64,000 bases of DNA from Gemmatimonadaceae bacterium. Its GTDB lineage: Bacteria > Gemmatimonadota > Gemmatimonadetes > Gemmatimonadales > Gemmatimonadaceae. Of the stretch, positions 56,544 through 64,000 are shown piece after piece (within the stretch, counting starts at the first letter, position 1; every line of letters begins with the position of its first letter). The stretch is taken from assembly GCA_050733495.1 (NCBI GenBank), contig JBOHTC010000236.1, positions 88,098-152,097 of the forward strand. Reading direction: 5' to 3'. The translations under genes were made by a program, and so were the position numbers. Under the pieces are notes generated by a model. That model was not told where the DNA came from and searched no databases. It saw only the letters and a program-made list of their open reading frames with translations.

Positions 56544-56972
56544 ATGCCAACGAGAAAAGCAAGCGCCACCTGGGAGGGTGGCTTGAAGGGCGGAAAGGGC
56601 TCCTTCAAGGGCGAGAGCGGAGCGATCAATGGACAATTCAATTTCAGCTCGCGCTTCGAGAGCGGATCGGGCTCGAATCCCGAGGAGCTCCTGGCGGCGG
56701 CGGAAGCGGCCTGCTTCAGCATGGCTCTGAGCGCGGGCCTCGAAAAAAACGGGACTCCGCCGACAAGAGTGGAGACGACCGCATCGTGCACGATTCAGCC
56801 GGTCCCCGGCGGATTCGGAATCACGACGATGAAGCTCAACGTCCAGGCAACCGTGCCGAAGATCGACAAGGTGAAATTCGATCAGATTGCGCAGGAGACC
56901 AAGGAAGGGTGTCCTGTGTCAAAGGCCCTGAAGGGAAACGTGGATCTGCAGTTGGAGGCGCGGCTCGTCTAA
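56544..56972 (+). CDS. osmC: OsmC family peroxiredoxin
   Basis: SRFE....NPEELLAAAEAACFSMAL, GCPVSKAL. Confidence 0.9.
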   Translation: MPTRKASATWEGGLKGGKGSFKGESGAINGQFNFSSRFESGSGSNPEELLAAAEAACFSMALSAGLEKNGTPPTRVETTASCTIQPVPGGFGITTMKLNVQATVPKIDKVKFDQIAQETKEGCPVSKALKGNVDLQLEARLV

Positions 56973-57078
56973 GCGCGGGACGTGCTGTCGGTGCGGTATC
57001 GGATCACCTATAGCGATCAGCGGTGCCTGAATATCGTGCCCATGCGGTTCGTAATCGTGGGACTCCAAACCGCGACAA

Positions 57079-57663
57079 TTACCGAGAGTAGTTCCTGATC
57101 TTGCTCTTGAGGAGCTCGCCGTTGGCGAAGATGATCTGTTCTCCGGATTCGCTCCGCACCCGGGTCGTCTTCAACCCGATGTGCTCCACTTTCCCGCGAT
57201 AATTCTCGACCGAGATCGCATCTCCCACCACGAAAGGCTTGTCGACCACGATGGCGATCGCGGCGAAAAGGTCGCCGAGGATGTTCTGGATGGCCAGCGC
57301 GGCGGCAAGACCGCCGATCCCGAGGCCCGTGAGAAGGGGTCGGATTTGAATCTGGAGGTTGCTGAGCGCGAAGAGGCCGAGCGTGATCCAGATCGTGACA
57401 CGTGCGACGGCTCCCAGAGCCTTGAACGTCGTGATGCTGCTCCCATCGACAACGTGAAGTTGGGTGTAGCGCTGCACGTAGTAGCTGACGATGATGTTCG
57501 TCCAGATCACGCCTTGCACGAAGAGCGCGAGAATGGTCGCGAACTTCGCGGCGTCCTCGCTGGTCTCGGGCAGATTCAATATTCGCGGGACAAACGAGGC
57601 GATCAGGGCCAGTATTAGAAAGAACGACCCGCGCAGAATCCTTACGGCCAGACTGTTTTTCAT
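57079..57663 (-). CDS. MscS-family mechanosensitive channel, short form
   Basis: GLGIGGLAAALA.Q..LGDL, DKPFVVGD, GKVEHIGLKTT; stops at NYSR. Confidence 0.8.
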   Translation of the reverse strand: MKNSLAVRILRGSFFLILALIASFVPRILNLPETSEDAAKFATILALFVQGVIWTNIIVSYYVQRYTQLHVVDGSSITTFKALGAVARVTIWITLGLFALSNLQIQIRPLLTGLGIGGLAAALAIQNILGDLFAAIAIVVDKPFVVGDAISVENYRGKVEHIGLKTTRVRSESGEQIIFANGELLKSKIRNYSR

Positions 57664-57742
57664 GTGCAGTAGTTAGGGTGCGTACTACTGACGGGTTTGG
57701 GTTGGGAACTGCAACTCGGTTTCTCGGCGTTAAGATCGGAGC

Positions 57743-58063
57743 GGCTGCGGACGCATCCATGAAACCGAAGCAGGGAGCGGCAAGCTCTGTAGCCGTAGCT
57801 TTTGGCTCTCATACTCGCAGTCCTGGGCGAGCTTCGACTGACTACTCTGACGGAGGTTTCATTCCTCTATCATCGTGCCGGGCTTCTGGCGTCTGGACAC
57901 CGAGACGGAAGTTTCTCCGGATGAAGCGCAGAGAATGCGAGTATATGAAAGCTCCAAGCTACGGCTACGAAGCTTGGAGCTCCCTGCTTCGGTTTTGTGG
58001 ATGCCAGTGAGGTAAGAAGCCTCAACGCCGAGCCAGTGAGGTAAGAAGCCTCAACGCCGAGCC
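57743..58063 (+). ncRNA. Candidate structured ncRNA or long hairpin element
   Basis: 57753-57819 pairs with 57936-58004 over about 65 bp, with several G-U pairs on the + strand; internal GGAA-capped hairpin; TAAGAT -10-like box at 57731. Confidence 0.45.
58003..58063. repeat. Two exact tandem copies of a 29-bp hairpin unit
   Basis: GCCAGTGAGGTAAGAAGCCTCAACGCCGA at 58003 and 58032, plus GCC. Confidence 0.95.
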
Positions 58064-58065
58064 TG

Positions 58066-59568
58066 TCAGGCCCCCTTCGCCAACCCGACACTATCCATTG
58101 CGTCGCAGGCATCGCAGTTCCCGCACCTCCACTCCGCGTCGACTTCCTCGCCAAAGTGCTCGAGGATGTACCTCGTGCGACACTGCACCGTCTGGCAGAA
58201 CTGGATCATCGTCCGAAGCTTCTCCTGATCCATGGCGCGGCGCTCCTCGTAGTCCTGAAGGTCCGCGCTCAGATCCACCGCGCAGAGATTCTCGCCAAGT
58301 CGCTCCCACTTGCCGCCGCGGTGCTCCCGCACCAACCCGTGTCGTTTCAGAAGCGCGAAGACGATCTTTGCCTTTCGTGACGGAATCCCCGTGATCTCCA
58401 CGATGTCTTCGAGCAGGACCGGAGTCTTGAGCGGATACTTCTCCATCGCGATCGCGACCTGTGCCGCCTCCTGCACCTCGGGATATTTCCCGCCGAGGAA
58501 ATACGACTGGATTCGCTTGTCCTCCACCCGATAGAGCACGCGGCAGACAGCCGGATCTCCGTCGCGACCTGCCCTGCCAGCTTCCTGATAGTATGCCTCG
58601 ATCGATCCGGGAAAATGGTAATGAATCACGAATCGCAGGTCCTGCTTGTCGATGCCGAGCCCGAACGCATTCGTCGCGATAATCGCCTTGAGCTCGCCTG
58701 CCATGAACCGGTCCTGAACGTCCTTCCGGTCCGCCGCCGGACGCTTGCCGTGGTAAAGTCCAACCTTGAACTCCGCTGCTTCGACCAGCATGTCGTGAAT
58801 ACGTTCGGCCTCCTTCACCGTCGCGACGTAGATCACGCCCGAACCCTCGAACTCCCTCAGCGCGTGCCGCAGCGTCGTGTCCTTGATCTGATCGTTGACG
58901 GTACGAATCACCTCGAAGCGCAGATTTGGCCGCGCGAAACCTGTGATCGTCACGTGCGGCGTCACCATACCGAGCTGGCGCACGATATCCTGCTGCACGT
59001 GCGCGGTGGCGGTAGCCGTGAGGGCGAGTATCGGCGGACGCCCGAGCCGCTTGGAGATTCCCCCAAGCGATAGATAGTCCGGACGGAAGTCGTGCCCCCA
59101 TTGGCTCACGCAGTGCGCCTCGTCAACGACGAAGAGGCTGATTGGGCGCGACATCAGATGCTCGAAGAATGCGCGATCCTTGAAGCGCTCGGGCGTCAGA
59201 TAAAGCATCTCGCCCTCGCCTTCAGCGATCTGACGGTGCGCCTCGCGCGTCTCCGATGTCGAGAGGTGCGAGTGCATCGCGACCGAGCTCACGCCTTGGG
59301 CGGAAAGCTTATCGTGCTGGTCCTTCATGAGCGCGATTAGCGGACTCACGACTACGGTGAGACCGGGGAGCTCGACTGCAGGGAGCTGGTAGATCACTGA
59401 TTTTCCGCTGCCTGTCGGCATGACTACGAGGGCGTCTTTTCCCTCGAGCACTGCGTTGATGGGTTCCCACTGGCCTGGACGGAAATCCTGATGCCCAAAG
59501 CGCTCCGTGAGCAGCTTGCGGGCTGCTTCTCTGTTGATGCTTTTTGACACTCTACCTGGTACAGGCAC
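58066..59568 (-). CDS. recQ: RecQ family ATP-dependent DNA helicase (no HRDC)
   Basis: MPTGSGKS, VDEAHCVSQWGHDFRP, ATNAFGLGIDK, YYQEAGRAGRDG, C..CRT...HFGE...CGNCD.C. Confidence 0.93.
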   Translation of the reverse strand: MPVPGRVSKSINREAARKLLTERFGHQDFRPGQWEPINAVLEGKDALVVMPTGSGKSVIYQLPAVELPGLTVVVSPLIALMKDQHDKLSAQGVSSVAMHSHLSTSETREAHRQIAEGEGEMLYLTPERFKDRAFFEHLMSRPISLFVVDEAHCVSQWGHDFRPDYLSLGGISKRLGRPPILALTATATAHVQQDIVRQLGMVTPHVTITGFARPNLRFEVIRTVNDQIKDTTLRHALREFEGSGVIYVATVKEAERIHDMLVEAAEFKVGLYHGKRPAADRKDVQDRFMAGELKAIIATNAFGLGIDKQDLRFVIHYHFPGSIEAYYQEAGRAGRDGDPAVCRVLYRVEDKRIQSYFLGGKYPEVQEAAQVAIAMEKYPLKTPVLLEDIVEITGIPSRKAKIVFALLKRHGLVREHRGGKWERLGENLCAVDLSADLQDYEERRAMDQEKLRTMIQFCQTVQCRTRYILEHFGEEVDAEWRCGNCDACDAMDSVGLAKGA

Positions 59569-59634
59569 AAAGCATTCCCCTCCAACGACTCGGTTTATCC
59601 CACTTACCCCGCCCGAGGTAGTCGAATAACCTCA

Positions 59635-60942
59635 GTGCGAATGCCAGCCGCCAACTCTTCCGGCTTCGAGATTTTCGCGTCGACGGCCCCCGGACTCGAG
59701 TCGATCACCGCGGGAGAGCTCAAGTCCCTCGGGATTCGCGGACGACAGGAACCCGGAGGCGTCGCGTTCGGCGGCGACCTCGAGCGGATCTACAGAACGA
59801 ACCTCTGGCTTCGTACTGCCAGCAGAGTGATCGTCCGGCTCGGCCGATTTCACGCAAGCACTTTTTTCGAGCTGGAGCGGCGCGCAAAGAAACTGCCGTG
59901 GGAGATTTTCCTTCCGCCGACGGGTGATGTACGCCTCAGGGTAACCTGCCGGAAATCAAAGCTCTATCATTCCGACGCGGTGGCCGAACGCGTGCTGGCG
60001 GCGATAGCAGCATCTGCGTTGCGTCAAGTAGGCGTTCGTGCGGAAAGCTCGGATGGCGATGCGGTTGATGACGATCTCAGCGCCGATTCCGCGAAACGAA
60101 GCAGCCCTTCGCAGCTGTATGTCGTTCGCATAGTCCACGACGAATGCGAGATAAGTGCTGACACCTCCGGTGAGCTTCTCCACCGTCGAGGCTACCGCCA
60201 GGAAATCGCGAAGGCGCCGCTGCGTGAGACGATCGCGGCGGCAATGGTGCTCGCGAGCGGGTGGAAGGGCGAGTCACCACTCCTCGATCCGATGTGCGGA
60301 TCGGGAACGATCCCAATTGAAGCAGCGATGGTCGCGCGAAAAATTGCCCCGGGAGCCAGGCGGAGATTCCAGTTTATGGACTGGCCGGGTTTCGATGGGC
60401 AGCTATGGCGCGAAATCATGTCGGAGGCGGACGCAGTCGCGACCGAGGAGCACCTCGAGATCGCTGGATTTGATAGAGACGCTGGCGCGATTCAGGCTGC
60501 GACGAAAAACGCGGAGCGGGCGGGCGTCGCGCAGGTTCTGAAGTTTGGAGTAGAAGCGGTGTCCGGTTCGATCCGCGCAATCGAGGATCCTTCGAGAGAA
60601 CGGGGCTGGATTCTCACCAATCCCCCCTACGGAGTTCGGGTCGGCGTCGCCGGCGATCTCAGGAATCTGTACGCGACCCTCGGCGCCCCGCTCGCGAAAA
60701 AGCCTGAATGGCGCCTTGGCGTCCTGACCTCCGATTCTGCGCTCGTTTACAACACCGGACTAAAAATGAGGGCTAGATTCAGTACTTCGAATGGCGGAAT
60801 TCCGGTGGCTTTTTTCGTAAGCGAAGGGGGCGGGAGCGAGCCGCCACGCGGACCCCTGGCAGGTGAGCCCAGGGGTCGGAAGGGAGCGGCGCCGAGGAGG
60901 GGTAAGCGACGTGGCCAACCCAAAGGTAGGCGGCATGACTAA
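59635..60942 (+). CDS. THUMP-domain RNA methyltransferase (RlmL-like)
   Basis: NLWLRTASR, LHRRGYR, APLRET.AAA, LDPMCGSGTI, TNPPYG. Confidence 0.88.
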   Translation: MRMPAANSSGFEIFASTAPGLESITAGELKSLGIRGRQEPGGVAFGGDLERIYRTNLWLRTASRVIVRLGRFHASTFFELERRAKKLPWEIFLPPTGDVRLRVTCRKSKLYHSDAVAERVLAAIAASALRQVGVRAESSDGDAVDDDLSADSAKRSSPSQLYVVRIVHDECEISADTSGELLHRRGYRQEIAKAPLRETIAAAMVLASGWKGESPLLDPMCGSGTIPIEAAMVARKIAPGARRRFQFMDWPGFDGQLWREIMSEADAVATEEHLEIAGFDRDAGAIQAATKNAERAGVAQVLKFGVEAVSGSIRAIEDPSRERGWILTNPPYGVRVGVAGDLRNLYATLGAPLAKKPEWRLGVLTSDSALVYNTGLKMRARFSTSNGGIPVAFFVSEGGGSEPPRGPLAGEPRGRKGAAPRRGKRRGQPKGRRHD

Positions 60943-61438
60943 CCCCAAGTCCTCGTTCGATGACAATCGAATTGGGACGATCGTATCGATAAATATCTCG
61001 GCGGGTGGTGTCCCTAAGAGGCGGGTTACTGGCGCCAGAGTGTTCCGTCTCGGGCTTGAAAAAGACGATCACAACGACAAAGAACACCACGGAGGGCCCG
61101 ATCGCGCCGTTTGCGTGTATTCGTTGGAAAAGATCCGTGAGCTCCAGCGCGAAGGCCATCCGATCGATGTCGGGACGGCCGGGGAGAATGTCACAGTTGA
61201 AGGAATCGACTGGGGACTCGTCGTTCCGGGGTCGTTCTTGAAGCTGGGCGACCAGGTTGTACTCGAAGTCGCCTCCTTCACCGCCCCCTGCGAAACGATC
61301 CGGGAATCCTTCATCGATGGCCGGTTCGTCCGGATTTCGCAAAAGCTCTATCCGGGATGGAGCAGGGTCTGCGCGCGGGTAGTTACTACGGGCGAAATCC
61401 ACTTCGGCGACACCATCGAAGTCACGCCGACCGCCTGA
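60935..61438 (+). CDS. MOSC domain protein
   Basis: GGVPK, HHGGPDRAV, AGEN.T, APC, RVVTTG.I..GD. Confidence 0.88.
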   Translation: MTNPKSSFDDNRIGTIVSINISAGGVPKRRVTGARVFRLGLEKDDHNDKEHHGGPDRAVCVYSLEKIRELQREGHPIDVGTAGENVTVEGIDWGLVVPGSFLKLGDQVVLEVASFTAPCETIRESFIDGRFVRISQKLYPGWSRVCARVVTTGEIHFGDTIEVTPTA

Positions 61439-61461
61439 CACCGCGCCCGCGGGCCGAAAAC

Positions 61462-61501
61462 GCGGTCCCACTTTTGGCCAGGAAAAGCGGTCCCACTTTT
61501 G
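61462..61501. repeat. Direct repeat upstream of the poly-HAMP kinase
   Basis: GCGGTCCCACTTTTG at 61462 and 61487 (25-nt period). Confidence 0.7.
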
Positions 61502-61603
61502 AATAGAAAAGATGATTCCTCCCCACCGGGCTTCTCGCCGGCAATCGGGCACATGGAATCCGCCAGGAAGGGCGGCAAGCAGTCACCCTAAGGAGTAAAA
61601 GTC

Positions 61604-64000
61604 GTGGAGATCGGCGACGCTATCGAATTCGAAGAGACGGGGTCCGAACAGGACTCCCGCTCGCAAGGCGCCAGAACATCCAGGCGCAAGAACGGCCGAT
61701 CCGGCCGGAACGCCGCGAAAACGCGAAGCAAACGAAACGGAAACGGGAACGGCAGCCCATCTCGTGGTGCCGAACGGGAAATCGACGTTCTGGCTCGAGA
61801 CGGCACCGTCCGCGAGGATGATCTCCGACGTTTGTTGTCCGCCATGCGCGACCTCAAGGAGGGCGACTTCAATGTCCGTCTGCCGGTGTCCGAGGATCCG
61901 TTGCTGGCAGAGATCGCCGAGGAGTTCAACGGAATCGCAAAGCAGAATACGCGTCTCTGTGACGAGATGACCCGCGTCAGCCGTACGATCGGGCGACAGG
62001 GCCAGATGAACGATCGCGCGTCGATTGGAGCTGTAACTGGCGGCTGGCGCACCACCGTCGATTCCGTCAACACGCTCATTACCGATCTAGCGTCGCCGAC
62101 GACTGAGGTGGCGCGCGTCCTCACGGCGGTCGCCGATGGCGATCTCACCCAGAAAATGGTGCTCGAGATCGACGGCAAGTCGGTGCAGGGAGAGTTCCTT
62201 CGTATTGCCACGACCGTCAACACGATGGTCGATCAGCTCGGGTCGTTCGCGGACGAAGTGACGCGCGTTGCGCGCGAGGTTGGAACCGAAGGGAAGCTTG
62301 GGGGCCAGGCAGAGGTGCCGGGCGTTGGGGGAACATGGAAGGATCTGACGGACAACGTGAACACCCTCGCTGGAAACCTTACCAGCCAGGTCAGAAACAT
62401 CGCGGCCGTCACGACTGCCGTCGCCAAGGGAGATCTGTCCCAGAAGATCACGGTCGAAGCGCGCGGTGAAACGCTGGAGCTCAAGAACACCATCAACACG
62501 ATGGTCGATCAGCTCAGTGCGTTCGCTTCCGAAGTGACACGCGTTGCCAAGGAGGTAGGTACCGAAGGCAAGCTCGGTGGGCAGGCGCAAGTATCTGGAG
62601 TGGGCGGCACATGGAAGGATCTCACGGACAACGTGAACGCCATGGCTTCGAACCTCACGGGTCAGATCAGAAACATTGCTGACGTTACGACGGCCGTGGC
62701 CAAGGGAGATCTGTCGCGAAAGATCACCGTCGACGTAAAGGGAGAGATTCTCGAGCTGAAAAACACCGTCAACACGATGGTCGATCAGCTCAGTAGGTTC
62801 GCTGAGGAAGTGACGCGCGTCGCCCGCGAGGTCGGAACCGAAGGTCGGCTCGGAGGACAGGCGCAGGTTCCACAAGTTGCCGGAACGTGGAAGGACCTTA
62901 CCGACAACGTGAACTTCATGGCGTCCAACCTCACTGGCCAGGTGAGAAACATCGCCGACGTCACCACCGCAGTCGCGCGCGGAGATCTTTCGCGCAAGAT
63001 CACCGCTGACGCGAAAGGCGAGATCCTCGAGCTGAAGAACACCATCAACATCATGGTGGATCAGCTCAGCGCGTTTGCTTCCGAGGTGACCCGCGTGGCG
63101 CGTGAGGTCGGGACGGAAGGAATGCTCGGCGGGCAAGCGGAGGTGCCAGGCGTTGGCGGGACATGGAAGGATCTGACGGACAACGTGAACACGCTCGCCG
63201 GAAACCTTACGAGTCAGGTCCGAAACATTGCCGCGGTGACGACTGCGGTCGCGAAGGGAGATCTGTCCCAGAAAATCACCGTCGAAGCCAAGGGAGAAAC
63301 GGCGCAGCTGAAGAACACCATCAACACGATGGTCGACCAGCTAAGCACCTTCGCTTCCGAAGTCACCCGTGTCGCGCGCGAGGTAGGAACCGAAGGCCGA
63401 CTTGGCGGGCAGGCTGAAGTGCCGGGAGTGGGTGGCACCTGGAAAGACCTCACAGACAACGTGAATGCAATGGCGTCGAGTCTCACGGGTCAGATCAGAA
63501 ACATTGCCGACGTCACTACCGCGGTCGCGAAGGGAGATCTCTCGAGGAAGATCACCGTCGACGTAAAAGGAGAGATCCTCGAGCTCAAGCAAACCATCAA
63601 CACAATGGTCGATCAGCTGAGCGCTTTTGCATCTGAAGTGACCCGTGTGGCAAAGGAAGTGGGCACCGAGGGCAAGCTCGGAGGCCAGGCCGAAGTTCTC
63701 GGCGTCGCGGGAACGTGGAAGGATTTGACGGACAACGTGAATTTCATGGCGTCGAACCTGACGGGCCAGGTCCGCAACATCGCCGACGTCACTACCGCGG
63801 TGGCAAAGGGAGATCTGTCGAGAAAGATCACCGCCGAGGCGAAGGGAGAAATCCTCGAGCTGAAGAACACGATCAACATCATGGTCGACCAGCTGAGTGC
63901 ATTCGCGGCGGAAGTCACCCGTGTTGCGCGCGAGGTCGGAACCGAGGGGAAGCTCGGCGGTCAGGCCAACGTTCCGGGAGTGGCCGGAACGTGGAAAGAT
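61604..64000 (+). CDS. Poly-HAMP protein, probably a group III-type hybrid histidine kinase; truncated by the window
   Basis: AGGAG RBS and GTG at 61604. Open to the window end (not in the ORF track). 92-aa repeats [17 protein letters not shown]...WKDLTDNVN. Confidence 0.9.
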   Translation, partial: MEIGDAIEFEETGSEQDSRSQGARTSRRKNGRSGRNAAKTRSKRNGNGNGSPSRGAEREIDVLARDGTVREDDLRRLLSAMRDLKEGDFNVRLPVSEDPLLAEIAEEFNGIAKQNTRLCDEMTRVSRTIGRQGQMNDRASIGAVTGGWRTTVDSVNTLITDLASPTTEVARVLTAVADGDLTQKMVLEIDGKSVQGEFLRIATTVNTMVDQLGSFADEVTRVAREVGTEGKLGGQAEVPGVGGTWKDLTDNVNTLAGNLTSQVRNIAAVTTAVAKGDLSQKITVEARGETLELKNTINTMVDQLSAFASEVTRVAKEVGTEGKLGGQAQVSGVGGTWKDLTDNVNAMASNLTGQIRNIADVTTAVAKGDLSRKITVDVKGEILELKNTVNTMVDQLSRFAEEVTRVAREVGTEGRLGGQAQVPQVAGTWKDLTDNVNFMASNLTGQVRNIADVTTAVARGDLSRKITADAKGEILELKNTINIMVDQLSAFASEVTRVAREVGTEGMLGGQAEVPGVGGTWKDLTDNVNTLAGNLTSQVRNIAAVTTAVAKGDLSQKITVEAKGETAQLKNTINTMVDQLSTFASEVTRVAREVGTEGRLGGQAEVPGVGGTWKDLTDNVNAMASSLTGQIRNIADVTTAVAKGDLSRKITVDVKGEILELKQTINTMVDQLSAFASEVTRVAKEVGTEGKLGGQAEVLGVAGTWKDLTDNVNFMASNLTGQVRNIADVTTAVAKGDLSRKITAEAKGEILELKNTINIMVDQLSAFAAEVTRVAREVGTEGKLGGQANVPGVAGTWKD
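62012..64000 (+). repeat. 276-nt intragenic HAMP-pair repeats
   Basis: EG(K/R/M)LGGQ motif at 62288, 62564, 62840, 63116, 63392, 63668 and 63944. Confidence 0.95.

Noticed and set aside
57743-58063. SRP, 6S, tmRNA, hammerhead or integron attC identity
   Set aside because: The diagnostic motifs are absent (SRP helix-8 loops, tRNA-like ends, CUGANGA core, RYYYAAC/GTTRRRY ends), and there is no integrase.
58003-58063. CRISPR array
   Set aside because: Two abutting repeats with no spacer and no cas genes.
57678-58154. 110-aa and 94-aa ORFs across the long hairpin, or a type I toxin
   Set aside because: Not hydrophobic, no RBS, and the composition follows from the inverted repeat.
11390-59568. 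DNA-repair island (nth, fpg-like, alkA-like, recQ)
   Set aside because: The genes are scattered over about 48 kb among unrelated genes; this is normal chromosomal content.
62087-63918. Long minus-strand ORFs over the HAMP repeats
   Set aside because: Antisense artefacts of a repetitive, codon-biased plus-strand gene.

Overview
Ordinary high-GC bacterial chromosomal segment. Gene content and style suggest a soil Gemmatimonadota-like organism (inference, no database check). It has about 62 densely packed CDS, one tRNA-Cys(GCA), and no integrase, transposase, CRISPR array or phage genes. Recognisable modules: a GAF/PAS kinase with an HD-GYP regulator; mqnD; divergent type III and type I glutamine synthetases; a DUF969-DUF979-DUF2891-SSS transporter operon; an atypical Nramp with two PRC-barrel proteins; two paralogous double-retropepsin lipoproteins; GH9, GH20 and GHL10 glycosidases; an egtB-egtD-egtA ergothioneine cluster; base-excision repair glycosylases; RecQ; and the start of a poly-HAMP kinase. 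The strongest signals are missed by the ORF track. (1) A complete Ile/Leu/Val-type leader-peptide attenuator at 33643-33735 precedes an SDR rather than an ilv/leu operon. (2) A roughly 250-300 nt rod-like intergenic hairpin at 57743-58063 is a candidate structured ncRNA. (3) There are several deletion scars: a SWIM remnant, an internally deleted DUF72 and a short MscS. (4) DUF969 appears to need a CTG start or stop readthrough. Family assignments come from remembered motifs, not from searches.
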